Positions 1 through 9,276 of a DNA stretch of 64,000 nucleotides are shown piece after piece. The stretch covers positions 72,070 through 136,069 of the forward strand of contig CBDAQY010000003.1 in assembly GCA_965199215.1 (NCBI GenBank), in the 5' to 3' direction. A model generated the notes under the pieces. That model made no database searches and was not told where the DNA came from. It worked only from the letters and a program-made list of their open reading frames with translations. Each line of letters begins with the position of its first letter. Position 1 is the stretch's first letter. Made by a program: the position numbers and the translations under genes. The stretch is from Acidobacteriaceae bacterium (GTDB lineage: Bacteria; Acidobacteriota; Terriglobia; Terriglobales; Acidobacteriaceae).

Positions 1-351
1 CAGCGTCCACGTTTCGTCAAAGGCAGCATCTGTCGTGGTCTTCAGAGCCGCAATCGCCCCCGCTGCCAGTTCGTCGAACTCAGTCACGAGCTTGTCCCTG
101 GTCTCCATGCGAAGGATCTTTCGCGGGTCGGAAGGAGTCTGCATGTCGATTCCAGGCAGCGTCAGGATCAGCGCGGCAAAGCCCGCGAACTCTGCCGTGT
201 GGCCGGCCAGGCGATTCAGCAGCATCGATTTCTCGTGCGGTTTAAAATCATTGTGACCGTCGGGCACCGCTTCCAGAACACGGCGAGTCTTTGCAAACTC
301 CTGTTCCAGTTCAGAAAGCAGGCGGACGCTCAGCAGGTAGGTTTCAGTCAT
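1..351 (-). CDS. DinB-family (DinB_2-like) protein, C-terminal end outside the window
   Basis: Own reverse-strand translation from ATG at 351-349: MTETYLLSVRLLSELEQEFAKTRRVLEAVPDGHNDFKPHEKSMLLNRLAGHTAEF... It stays open to the window edge, so it is absent from the ORF track. The composition resembles DinB-superfamily helical-bundle proteins. Confidence 0.55.
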   Translation of the reverse strand, partial: MTETYLLSVRLLSELEQEFAKTRRVLEAVPDGHNDFKPHEKSMLLNRLAGHTAEFAGFAALILTLPGIDMQTPSDPRKILRMETRDKLVTEFDELAAGAIAALKTTTDAAFDETWTL

Positions 352-396
352 CTTTAACTCCAGTCCTTCGTTCTTGCGGTTGTTCTTCTCTTCAGT

Positions 397-420
397 GTTT
401 CATTCCCGCAGGGTGCCTGC
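397..420. repeat. repeat family A, degenerate copy
   Basis: gtttcattcccgcagggtgcctgc. Confidence 0.5.
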
Positions 421-552
421 TCTTCGCGCCATCCTCCATCATCACTAGGCGGGCCATGCTCGATTTTGAGACATGGGCATCGCTCGAGCGAGACCGCTCT
501 TCCAGGGCTTATCATCCGATAGCAAAGCGACGGCTTTCAACCCCACGTCGGC

Positions 553-1113
553 TCACCGACGAAAGCAATCCTCTGCATGATCATTCATCATGCCTGCCGC
601 CTGCATCCAGGCATAGACGATCACCGGCCCCACAAACTTGAAGCCTTTTTGCTTGAGCTCCTTCGAAATCGTCTCCGAAAGCGGCGTCTGCGCCGGCAGT
701 GCTCCTTCGTTTCGGATCGGCTTCCCGCCCACCAGACCCCACGCCCATCTTCCGAACTCTGTTCCGCTCTCCCGCATTTCGAGAAAGATCTGCGCCCCGC
801 GAATCGTCGCCTCGATCTTCGCCCTTGCCCGAACAATGCCTGCGTCCGCCATCAAGCGCGCCACATCCGCTTCTTCAAATCGAGCCACAACAGCCGGATC
901 GAACTCCGCAAATGCACGCCGAAACGCCTCCCGCTTACGCAGCACTGTGATCCACGAAAGCCCCGCCTGAAACCCTTCCAGCATCAACAGCTCCCAAAGC
1001 GCGCGGCTATCGAACTCCGGAACACCCCACTCCCGATCGTGGTACTCCCGCATCAGCGGATCGTTCTGCGCCCACGCGCACCGCTTGATTGCCTCGCCGC
1101 TATCCGTCTTCAC
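553..1113 (-). CDS. tag: DNA-3-methyladenine glycosylase I
   Basis: ORF 553..1281. It aligns by eye with E. coli Tag from RCAWAQNDPLMREYHDREWGVPE through FVGPVIVYAWMQAAGMMNDH. GTG at 1113 gives a Tag-sized 186-aa product. The longer N-terminus reads through repeat A1. Confidence 0.85.
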   Translation of the reverse strand: MKTDSGEAIKRCAWAQNDPLMREYHDREWGVPEFDSRALWELLMLEGFQAGLSWITVLRKREAFRRAFAEFDPAVVARFEEADVARLMADAGIVRARAKIEATIRGAQIFLEMRESGTEFGRWAWGLVGGKPIRNEGALPAQTPLSETISKELKQKGFKFVGPVIVYAWMQAAGMMNDHAEDCFRR

Positions 1114-1134
1114 CCTTGCCTCTTCCTCTTTTGA

Positions 1135-1166
1135 TTTGTCATTCCCGCAGGGAATCTGCGTTTCGC
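1135..1166. repeat. repeat family A (TTTGTCATTCCCGCAGGGAATCTGCG)
   Basis: Core hairpin ATTCCC-gca-GGGAAT. Lies between divergent tag and the GH13 gene. Confidence 0.85.
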
Positions 1167-1298
1167 ACTCGCTCCCCGCCACCTGGAACGTTACCAAACA
1201 TCCGGCGATCTCCAACCGTAAGAAACATTTCGCGTAAGATGGTGGGCGCTTGCGACAGATGCTCTGCCGCGCTCTCACCACCTGCTGGAGGTACGACT

Positions 1299-3053
1299 AT
1301 GTCTTTCAGGAATTTAGCCCTTTGCCTCACCCTTGGCGCTCTCACCGTTGCACACGGCCAGCAATCGCCTCCGCGCCAGGAACAGGCAGTCGTCAGCCGT
1401 ACCAGCGCCGACGCCTGGTGGAAGCACGCCGTCATCTACGAGGTCTACCCCCGCAGCTTCCAGGACTCCGACGGTGACGGCAAGGGCGACATCAAGGGCA
1501 TCGAGAGCCGCCTCGAGTACCTGAAAACCCTCGGCATCGACGCCATCTGGATCACCCCCATGTATCCGTCCCCGCAGGTAGACTTCGGCTACGACATCGC
1601 CGACTACACAGCCATCGATCCGCAGTACGGCACCATGGGCGACTTCGACCTGCTCCTGAAGACAGCCAATAAACACGGCATCAAGGTCATCATGGACATC
1701 GTCCTCAACCACACCTCCGACCAGCACCCCTGGTTCCTGGAGTCAAAATCCTCGAAGACGAACCCGAAGCGCGATTGGTACATCTGGCATGACGGCCGCG
1801 AAGCCAAAGATGGAAAGGCTGGAAGTTACCCGAACAACTGGCAGTCCTGGTTCGGGCACTCTGCCTGGACGCTCGACCCAACCACCAACCAGTACTACTA
1901 CCACTACTTCTACACCCAGCAGCCGGACCTCAACTGGCGCAATCCCGAGGTCCGCAAAGCGATGTACGGCGTCATGAAGTTCTGGCTGGACAAAGGTGTA
2001 GCAGGCTTCCGCATGGACGCGGTCTCCCGTCTCTTCGAAGACCCCGACCTCCACGACGACCCCTATCTGCCGGGCTTTAACGCATTCGGCGACCGCAACA
2101 TCAAGCACCAATACACCGATGATCTTCCCGAAGTTCACGAGGTCTTTCGCGAACTCCGCAAGCTCGCGGACAGCTATCCGAATCACCCGGTCCTGATCGC
2201 TGAAGCCGATGAACCGACGATCGCCGACCTTAGCAAGATGTATGGCACGCATGGCGACGAAGTCCAGCTTCCCATGGACTTCCAGATCGCCGACCTCAAC
2301 GAACTGTCCGCCCCGAAGTTTCGCAAGCTCTTTAGCGAAGTCGAAACCAACCCCGCCGACGGCTGGCCCGAATGGTTCTTCAGCAACCACGATCAGGTCC
2401 GCCAGTGGGAGCGCTACGGCGACGGCAAGCACAATCTCGAGATTGCGAAGTTGATGGCCGTCCTCGAACTGACCCCCCGCGGCACCCCGCAGATGTACTA
2501 CGGCGAAGAGATTGGCATGCGCACCACCGAACCCGCCCGCAAGGAAGATGTCCGCGACCCCATCGGCATCACCGGCTGGCCAAAAGAAAAAGGCCGCGAC
2601 GGCGAACGCACCCCAATGCAGTGGACCTCCGTCGCGCCCAACGCAGGCTTCACGACTCCCACCGCGATACCGTGGCTTCCCGTCCCACCAAACGCCCGCA
2701 CCATCAACGTAGAGACCGAGTCCGCCGATCCCAAGAGCCTGTTGAACTTCTACAAATCACTTCTTCAACTCCGTCACACAGAGGCCGCCCTGATGTTCGG
2801 CGACTACACCACCCTCAACCCGGACGACCCCCACGTCTTCAGCTTCATGCGCAAAGTCCCGCCGGGCAGCGAAGGCCACAACATCCTCGTCGCCCTGAAC
2901 ATGAGCGCCACGCCGCAAACAGTTCGCTTCGACACCGTTGGAGCGAAAGGCGGCACGGTTCTTCAGAGCAACTACAGTGCCGCCGGCTCGAAGCTTGATC
3001 TCGGCTCTGTCGAGCTTCCGCGCTTCGGCGCGATCATCATCGGGCTGGAGTAA
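1299..3053 (+). CDS. GH13 alpha-glucosidase / oligo-1,6-glucosidase-like enzyme with signal peptide
   Basis: GH13 conserved regions DIVLNH, GFRMDAV and FSNHD are present. ATG at 1299 is preceded by GGAGG and gives MSFRNLALCLTLGALTVAHG. The upstream part of the ORF is a read-through of repeat A1. Confidence 0.85.
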   Translation: MSFRNLALCLTLGALTVAHGQQSPPRQEQAVVSRTSADAWWKHAVIYEVYPRSFQDSDGDGKGDIKGIESRLEYLKTLGIDAIWITPMYPSPQVDFGYDIADYTAIDPQYGTMGDFDLLLKTANKHGIKVIMDIVLNHTSDQHPWFLESKSSKTNPKRDWYIWHDGREAKDGKAGSYPNNWQSWFGHSAWTLDPTTNQYYYHYFYTQQPDLNWRNPEVRKAMYGVMKFWLDKGVAGFRMDAVSRLFEDPDLHDDPYLPGFNAFGDRNIKHQYTDDLPEVHEVFRELRKLADSYPNHPVLIAEADEPTIADLSKMYGTHGDEVQLPMDFQIADLNELSAPKFRKLFSEVETNPADGWPEWFFSNHDQVRQWERYGDGKHNLEIAKLMAVLELTPRGTPQMYYGEEIGMRTTEPARKEDVRDPIGITGWPKEKGRDGERTPMQWTSVAPNAGFTTPTAIPWLPVPPNARTINVETESADPKSLLNFYKSLLQLRHTEAALMFGDYTTLNPDDPHVFSFMRKVPPGSEGHNILVALNMSATPQTVRFDTVGAKGGTVLQSNYSAAGSKLDLGSVELPRFGAIIIGLE

Positions 3054-3279
3054 ATCGAAGCTAAGTCGGAGCCGCGTCCTCGAAAGTCCTTCCAGAAGAG
3101 CCTTCCTGGCACCACGATTCAGCCGGGACTTGCGATATGCGTTCACCGTACAACTATCGTCTCGCCGAGTTCGTCACAAGCGCAGAGAGGCATGCCCTCG
3201 AATCTTCTCTCTGAAAGTCTCTGTCAGAAGAGTTCGCTCTTCACAATGCCTCTTCAATCCACCTTCGGAAGCGCTCTCG

Positions 3280-3468
3280 ATGATAGCTCGACACAAAAAC
3301 TACCGCCGCTACACCGTCGTCGCCATGGCCGTTGCCACGTTCGCTTGCACGACCCTCACCGGCTGCTTCGTCGCAGGGGTCTCGAGTGGTGGCGGCTTCT
3401 TCATCTGGCCAGGCAGCATCGGTCTGCTCGTCATTCTCTTGATCTTCTTCCTTTTGAGACGGCGATGA
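3280..3468 (+). CDS. small hypothetical membrane protein
   Basis: 62-aa internal-ATG product MIARHKNYRRYTVVAMAVATFACTTLTGCF...LLVILLIFFLLRRR with two hydrophobic segments. No family recognised. Confidence 0.3.
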   Translation: MIARHKNYRRYTVVAMAVATFACTTLTGCFVAGVSSGGGFFIWPGSIGLLVILLIFFLLRRR

Positions 3469-3557
3469 TCCCGTCTACGGTGTCGACAAATTGGGGCAGT
3501 GTGCCTTCAGGTGCAGCTTTAAGGCCCGTGCAAACTGCTCTTATCCTGCCCGCACTT

Positions 3558-4292
3558 TCAGTGCGTCGACTTTCCCAGCAACTCCTCCACTGACCCACAA
3601 GCCAGCATCTGCCTCCCAAATACCCGCCCAAAGCTCTTCGCCGTCGCATTGATCGCCTCTTCCATCGTCGGCACCCGATCCGCCTCGACCTCGAGACTCG
3701 TCACATCCCGGTCCGCAATCCCGCATGGCACGATCCACTGAAAGTCCCGCAAGTCTGTCGTCACATTCAGCGCAAATCCATGTGACGTAACCCCCTGCGA
3801 CACATGCACTCCAATCGCAGCGATCTTCTTCTCCTGAATGCTTTTACCTGCATCCGGATGCACGACCGTCCAAACCCCGGTTCTCTTCGGCACCCGCTGC
3901 GCCTGCACCCCAAACTCTCCACACGCGCGAATTAACACCTCTTCCAGCAGCCGCACAAAATCCACGGGCCCTAGATGAGGCCCCTTCTTCCCCGGCAGAT
4001 CTCCCCGCAGATCGACAATCGGATACCCCACCAACTGCCCCGGCCCGTGATACGTCACATCCCCGCCGCGGTTCGTCTCATGCAACTCCACCCCGCGCCG
4101 CACAAGCTCCTCATCTGAAGCCAGCACATTCGCCCGGCTTGAATTCCTCCCCAGCGTCAGCACCGGCGGATGCTCCATCAGCAGCAGCACATCCCCGATC
4201 GCTCCGGCCTTGCGCGCAGCAACCACCCGCTGCTGCACCGCCAGCCCTTCCGCATAAAAGATTCTGCCCAGCGAAATCAGATGGGTGTACAT
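3558..4292 (-). CDS. lipB: lipoyl(octanoyl) transferase
   Basis: LLLMEHPPVLTLGRN, RGGDVTYHGPGQLVGYP and KIAAIGV are typical LipB blocks. The start was taken at MYTHLISLG. Confidence 0.85.
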   Translation of the reverse strand: MYTHLISLGRIFYAEGLAVQQRVVAARKAGAIGDVLLLMEHPPVLTLGRNSSRANVLASDEELVRRGVELHETNRGGDVTYHGPGQLVGYPIVDLRGDLPGKKGPHLGPVDFVRLLEEVLIRACGEFGVQAQRVPKRTGVWTVVHPDAGKSIQEKKIAAIGVHVSQGVTSHGFALNVTTDLRDFQWIVPCGIADRDVTSLEVEADRVPTMEEAINATAKSFGRVFGRQMLACGSVEELLGKSTH

Positions 4293-4297
4293 CGCCT

Positions 4298-4729
4298 CTA
4301 CAACTCCAGCGGATTCCGCCACCGCAGCCCCAAAAACCTTGCAAAGTCCCGGTCCACGGAGCATAAGATCGCATCATGCTCAATTGCAAGCGCCGCGATG
4401 TGCACATCTGTAGACACGTCTCCACTTATCCCTGAGGTGAGGCAGAGCTTTTTGAAGATCTCCCAATGCGTCTGTCCCGGAGTGAGCACCTTGACATTTG
4501 CGAGCGCCAGCCAGCCGTCAACTGCCTCCAAAGCGTAACGCATCGTAAAAGATTGGCTCGCCAGGCTCACATGCGTCGAGACGCGGACAAATGCCAGGAT
4601 CGATTGGAATGGGATCCCGACCTCGTCTTCATAGGAGAAGACATCCCCAAGCCAGCGACGTGCAGCGTCGTAGAACGGGGATCGAGGATCGTAAGCATAC
4701 AGCAGCAAATTGGCGTCGAGAACGATCAA
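4298..4729 (-). CDS. vapC: PIN-domain toxin (VapC-like)
   Basis: LIVLDANLLLYAY...DVHIAALAIEHDAILCSVDRDF is a PIN-like acidic-residue pattern. A TTG start overlaps the upstream antitoxin TGA stop (TTGA). Confidence 0.75.
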   Translation of the reverse strand: MIVLDANLLLYAYDPRSPFYDAARRWLGDVFSYEDEVGIPFQSILAFVRVSTHVSLASQSFTMRYALEAVDGWLALANVKVLTPGQTHWEIFKKLCLTSGISGDVSTDVHIAALAIEHDAILCSVDRDFARFLGLRWRNPLEL

Positions 4730-5067
4730 CGACCCTGCCGCTCGTCCAGTATCCGCGTCAGATCCGACATCTTGCCTGACGTCCACTCGAGCGGCAGTTC
4801 AATCGTCAGCGGGCCGAAGTCAAACGGCTCGGCGATACCACTCCCATTCGATCCGTTGCGGCGTTCAACAGCCTCAGCAACCTCCACGAACCGAACCTCA
4901 CTCTGCAGTTCCTCTTTCGCTTGCACCGATAGATGCTCTCTTATTGCCTCCCGAATCTTCGAGATCGCCTCTTCCTTAGTCTCGCCTTCAGACCGGCAGC
5001 CCGGCAGTTCAGGACATCCCACGGTGTAGCCCTCTTCGGCATGTGTCAAAACAACTTTGTAGGTCAT
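4726..5067 (-). CDS. HicB-fold (UPF0150-like) antitoxin partner of the PIN toxin
   Basis: N-terminus MTYKVVLTHAEEGYTVGCPELPGCRSEGETKEEAISKIREAIREHL matches the HicB/UPF0150 pattern. GGAGG lies upstream of the ATG. There is a 4-nt overlap with vapC. Confidence 0.7.
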   Translation of the reverse strand: MTYKVVLTHAEEGYTVGCPELPGCRSEGETKEEAISKIREAIREHLSVQAKEELQSEVRFVEVAEAVERRNGSNGSGIAEPFDFGPLTIELPLEWTSGKMSDLTRILDERQGR

Positions 5068-5092
5068 CGTAGCCTCCGCTGAGCAATACGAG

Positions 5093-6538
5093 CTAAACGT
5101 TCACCGCAAGCCCCTCTACACTCGAGAACCCATCCAGCAGCGCCTCCGCCACGGTCGGGTGCGCATGCACGGTAAACATCATCTCCTCGACCGTCGCTTC
5201 CAGCTCAATTGCCGTCACGCACTCCGCAATGATCTCCGTCGCATACGGCCCAATGATGTGGACGCCCAGAATCTCGCCGTACTTCGCATCCGCGACGATC
5301 TTCACAAACCCGTCATGCGCATCGAGGATCGTCGCCTTCGAGTTCCCCACAAACGGGAACTTGCCGACCTTCACCTGATGTCCCTGCGCCTTCGCCTGCG
5401 CCTCCGTCAACCCAACCGAGCCAATCTGCGGATCGCAGTACGTGCATCCCGGAATCCTGTCGCGCCGCACCGGCTTCGCATACTTGCCCGCCATCTTCGC
5501 CGCAACCACCAATCCCGACATCCCGCCCACATGCGCTAACTGCGGCAGCCCGGCAACGATATCGCCGATCGCATACACACCCGGCTCCGTCGTCTCCATC
5601 CACTCATTCACGGGAATGAATCCGCGGTCGAGCGCAATGTTCGTTTTATCCAGTCCAGCATCAAATGTCCTCGGAGCGCGTCCCACAGCCACCAGCACCT
5701 TCTCCGCCTGCTTCGTCGCGCCCTTGCCGTCGGAAGTCGTGAAGTGGACCAGGACGCCGTCCTTGTTCTTCTCCAGCTTGTCGACCTTGGCCGAAAGGTG
5801 CATCTCGAACCCGCGCTTTTTATACAGCCGCAGGAGTTCCTTGCTGATGTCCTCGTCCTCGACGTTTACCAGCCGCGGCAGCGCCTCGATGATCGTCACC
5901 TCGGCCCCAAAGCTCTTGAAGACTGACGCAAACTCCACGCCCACCGCTCCTGCGCCAATTACCACCAGAGACTTCGGAAAGCTCTCCGTCTTCAGAATCT
6001 CGATATTCGTCATGATCGTGTCGTCCGGCGTATATCCCGGCAGCATCCGCGCATCCGATCCCGTCGCCAGCACAACCTTCTTCGCCTTCACCACCTGCGA
6101 CTTGCGATCAGCCGACTTCACATCGACTGCATGCACGCCCTCCGTCGCAGGGCCGGTTAGCCGCCCATACCCCTTGAAGGTCGTGATCTTGTTCTTCTTC
6201 ATCAGGAAGTCGAGGCCCTTGGTGTGCCGCATGATCACGTCATCCTTGCGCGCGAGCAGGTTCTTCCAGTTCAGCTTCGGCTCGCTCACGCCGTCGATCC
6301 CGTATTTTTCCGCGTGCTTCAAATGATCCCAGAGCTCCGCCGAAAACAGCATTGCCTTTGTCGGAATGCATCCCCACAGCAGGCACGTCCCGCCCAACCG
6401 CTCATTTGCATCGATCAGCGCTGTCTTCAATCCAAACTGCGATGCTCGGATCGCACACGTATACCCGGCCGGCCCGCCGCCAACCACCACAACATCGAAG
6501 ATCGTATCTGCCAAGAAAGTGCTCCAATCCTGCCGCAT
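5093..6538 (-). CDS. lpdA: dihydrolipoyl dehydrogenase
   Basis: FDVVVVGGGPAGY, redox-active GGTCLLWGCIPTK and C-terminal HAHPT motifs. The start was taken at MRQDWSTF. Confidence 0.9.
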   Translation of the reverse strand: MRQDWSTFLADTIFDVVVVGGGPAGYTCAIRASQFGLKTALIDANERLGGTCLLWGCIPTKAMLFSAELWDHLKHAEKYGIDGVSEPKLNWKNLLARKDDVIMRHTKGLDFLMKKNKITTFKGYGRLTGPATEGVHAVDVKSADRKSQVVKAKKVVLATGSDARMLPGYTPDDTIMTNIEILKTESFPKSLVVIGAGAVGVEFASVFKSFGAEVTIIEALPRLVNVEDEDISKELLRLYKKRGFEMHLSAKVDKLEKNKDGVLVHFTTSDGKGATKQAEKVLVAVGRAPRTFDAGLDKTNIALDRGFIPVNEWMETTEPGVYAIGDIVAGLPQLAHVGGMSGLVVAAKMAGKYAKPVRRDRIPGCTYCDPQIGSVGLTEAQAKAQGHQVKVGKFPFVGNSKATILDAHDGFVKIVADAKYGEILGVHIIGPYATEIIAECVTAIELEATVEEMMFTVHAHPTVAEALLDGFSSVEGLAVNV

Positions 6539-6665
6539 AAGCGTCTTTATAAGTTTACGCTTTGCGTCAAGTCGCGAGGGAGACCGCGCTCCAGGGCGCA
6601 CCTCCGCTCCCGCACTCCAGCAGTGTCTCTGATCGATATCGGAGACCAACCTGATCTGTCTTCGT

Positions 6666-7124
6666 CTAGGAAACGCTTAGTACGGCAGCTTGCTGAAACA
6701 TGCTCATCTCTGCCTGCCGGCGCCGCAAAAGACCTGGAATAACCTGGCCTTTGCAGTGGTCCCAGAGCAGGAACTGCGGCGCCGCATTGTTGAAGTCCCC
6801 GGCGTTGACCCGCTTGAGCAAGGTGGAGGTCAGCAGACTTGTCGCGCCCAGATTGAACACAAAGTCCACCAGCGCGTCGAACTGGTACTGCTCCAGTTCC
6901 ACGGTCACCGCCCGATTCACCGCCGTAACCGAAGCCGCAACATCGCTCTCCAGCAACTGGTCTGCCTGGTCTGATGTCAGTACCAGGCCTCCATGAACGT
7001 TCGGTCCGGTGTGCCCGTATCCGATCGTCCACACGCCGCCCTGGTCCTGGTACGCCTTGAGTTGAAGGCCTTCAAACTCTTTCGTGAGGGCCAGGCCCTG
7101 ATCACTATAAGTGAAGCTATTCAT
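6666..7124 (-). CDS. GH24 (T4-type) lysozyme
   Basis: TKEFEGLQLKAYQDQGGVWTIGYGHT carries the T4-lysozyme-like Glu, Asp (+9) and Thr (+15) spacing. ATG at 7124 follows GGAG. No signal peptide is evident. Confidence 0.8.
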   Translation of the reverse strand: MNSFTYSDQGLALTKEFEGLQLKAYQDQGGVWTIGYGHTGPNVHGGLVLTSDQADQLLESDVAASVTAVNRAVTVELEQYQFDALVDFVFNLGATSLLTSTLLKRVNAGDFNNAAPQFLLWDHCKGQVIPGLLRRRQAEMSMFQQAAVLSVS

Positions 7125-7311
7125 GGTGAAACTCCTCTCATTCTGCTCTATTGGTGCGAGGCCCCTTTGAACCGTTACAAGTCTTCCTTGCCAATTTCCG
7201 TTGCCAACCGCGCAACGAAGCGCTTGCAGCGAAAGAAGACTATAGCTTCCCTCTGCGAAAATGAAAATACAAAAGATAACCCTTCTGCCTGCTTTGCGCG
7301 ATAATTCACCT

Positions 7312-7845
7312 ATGGCGAGCGCTACCCTCATCCCGTTGAGCGAGTACCTCAGCACCTCCTACCGGCCCGACTGCGACTACATCGATGGAGAAGTCAAGGA
7401 GCGCAACTTGGGCACCCGCGCACATGGCTTTCTGCAAGGAATCATCGCTGCCATCTTCTTCGCCAGTATGGACGCGTGGAAAATAGTCGCAGGTCCGGAG
7501 ATCCGCACCCGCGTCGCCTCCACCCGTGTGCGCATTCCAGATGTCTGTGTCATGCGCAACTCCGACCCCGCCGACCCCGTTGTTCAAGTAGCTCCGTTGA
7601 TCTGCATCGAGGTTCTCTCCCCCGAGGATTCCCTGCGCTCGCAGCGAGATCGCGTCGACGACTATTTCAGCATGGGCGTCGAACACATCTGGATGCTCGA
7701 TCCGATCCGACGCCAGGCCCACATCGCCACTCCATCTGGATACGATCTCTGCGAAACCGGCGAACTCACCGTTCCGGGAACTCCCATCCGCATCGTCCTC
7801 GCTGAGATCTTCGCCACCCTCGACAAAATGCTTACCCCCGCCTGA
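7312..7845 (+). CDS. Uma2-family (DUF820) putative endonuclease
   Basis: YRPDCDYIDGEV...RIPDVCVM...PLICIEVLSPED...KRDDY-like blocks are typical of Uma2. Confidence 0.7.
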   Translation: MASATLIPLSEYLSTSYRPDCDYIDGEVKERNLGTRAHGFLQGIIAAIFFASMDAWKIVAGPEIRTRVASTRVRIPDVCVMRNSDPADPVVQVAPLICIEVLSPEDSLRSQRDRVDDYFSMGVEHIWMLDPIRRQAHIATPSGYDLCETGELTVPGTPIRIVLAEIFATLDKMLTPA

Positions 7846-7902
7846 GAAACCATAAGCGATGGAGTGGCGCTGACATATCCGGTTCCCGTACAGATGCTTC
7901 TG

Positions 7903-7933
7903 TTTTGTCATTCTCGAAAGGAATCTGCGTTCC
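7903..7933. repeat. repeat family A, variant
   Basis: ttttgtcattctcgaaaggaatctgcgttcc. Confidence 0.7.
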
Positions 7934-7977
7934 AGCCTCTATACCGCAAGGCGAAACGCTCTCACTCAGCCGCCATC

Positions 7978-9276
7978 CTAACTCCAGTAAGGCCCGAACC
8001 TTCCCACCACATCCCCATCCTCCCGCGTATCGTCTATCACATACACCTCGTACTTCGCCCCACCCTCCGCCACCCGCACCACCACATGCCCATGCTGGCT
8101 CAGCATCTTGTCTGAGAGCCGTGCCTCCGCCAGGTGTGCCGCGGGCACCAGCCCCGTCGCAAACACATCGTGCGCTCCCGGCGACAGAACCGGGCTATAC
8201 AACTCGTCCAGAACTGATAGCGCCGGATGCGAGGCATGCCACGTCTGAACCACATAGATCCGGGCCTGCATGGCTCGCACAAACTCAGGCCCGGTAGCAT
8301 CAAAGTAGCCGTGATGGTCCAGCGCCGCCACACTCACCGGTCCCGCTACCCGCGCCACCGCCGACTCCACATCCATCCATGGCGTCGTTCCAAAGCGTGT
8401 AAAGCACGTCAGGTCGCCGCCGATGTAATACCGGAACGCTCCATAACTCAATCGCAGCGCGTTCGAGCAGGCATTCTCCGTCGGAAAGTCCTCCCGCTTC
8501 AACGTGCTCAGTTCTGGAAACAGCCGCATCGTCTCCTCGCCATGCCCTGTCCAAATCTCACCGTTCGACGCGAGGTTCTGCACCTCAAACGAGGGGAACA
8601 AAGCCGCCTCGTGCTCTAAGACGATCTGCCGGCGCGAACCCGCCTTGAACCGCTCCACCCTTGTCTGACCGGCCCCATTCTCCTTTGCGTAGCGCGCAAA
8701 CCGTATGTAGTTCACCGCCGCCTCGTCGGTGAAAGCAGCCGGATAGCTGTACTCCGGATACCCGCGGTCCAGCAGGCATCGAATCGGCACCGCCTCCGCC
8801 ACGTCCGTCACGCCGGTCAGCCGATATGCGCGGTTCTTGCTCGAGGGCGAAGCCGCAGTCACCGCCCCCACGTGATCGTCATGCAAGTGGGTCAGCACGA
8901 AGTAATCCAATTCCTGCCGGGGAGTCGCCTTCAACTGCCGTTGCGCATACCGCCCCAGCCACTCGCCCGGCCGCCTGGAATCATCCGGCCGCGCCGGACC
9001 CATCGCGTCCGTCGCACCGTCCGCCGCCCCCGCATCGATCATCATCGACGTCCCATCCGGGCAGATCGCCAACACAGAGTTCCCCCGCCCCGTTGAGATG
9101 TGGTGAATATCCAGCAGCCCCTTCGACCACTCCTCCATCCTGCCCGGAGGCATGCTGGACCCCCATGTCCGAACTCCCTCCATCCACGGGCTGACCAACA
9201 GGCCGCTTAGAGTCGCTCCCCGAAGAAACCGTCTCCTGTTCATCGTTCTCCTGTTGGCCCTCTGCTCACGCGCCAC
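7978..9276 (-). CDS. MBL-fold metallo-hydrolase with Tat-type signal
   Basis: NRRRFLRGATLSGLL twin-arginine leader and HLHDDHVG (HxHxDH) motif. The start abuts the hemB stop. Confidence 0.7.
   Translation of the reverse strand: MAREQRANRRTMNRRRFLRGATLSGLLVSPWMEGVRTWGSSMPPGRMEEWSKGLLDIHHISTGRGNSVLAICPDGTSMMIDAGAADGATDAMGPARPDDSRRPGEWLGRYAQRQLKATPRQELDYFVLTHLHDDHVGAVTAASPSSKNRAYRLTGVTDVAEAVPIRCLLDRGYPEYSYPAAFTDEAAVNYIRFARYAKENGAGQTRVERFKAGSRRQIVLEHEAALFPSFEVQNLASNGEIWTGHGEETMRLFPELSTLKREDFPTENACSNALRLSYGAFRYYIGGDLTCFTRFGTTPWMDVESAVARVAGPVSVAALDHHGYFDATGPEFVRAMQARIYVVQTWHASHPALSVLDELYSPVLSPGAHDVFATGLVPAAHLAEARLSDKMLSQHGHVVVRVAEGGAKYEVYVIDDTREDGDVVGRFGPYWS

Noticed and set aside
370-385. GTTC-N-GTTC direct repeat upstream of the DinB-family gene as an Acidobacterium/alpha-type LexA box
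   Set aside because: The spacer is 8 nt, whereas the reported consensus is GTTC-N7-GTTC. There is only one occurrence. It is too weak to call.
1089-1298. N-terminal extensions of several track ORFs (1089.., 553..1281, 60062..62506, 45072.., 43676..45214, 5093..6649)
   Set aside because: The extensions run through interspersed repeats or lack alignment with the protein family. Internal starts with RBS-like sequences or signal peptides give family-typical lengths.
6666-7845. Prophage remnant inferred from lysozyme plus a nuclease-like gene
   Set aside because: No integrase, att-like repeats, or capsid, tail or holin genes are present. Composition is similar to the flanks. There is not enough evidence to call a mobile element.
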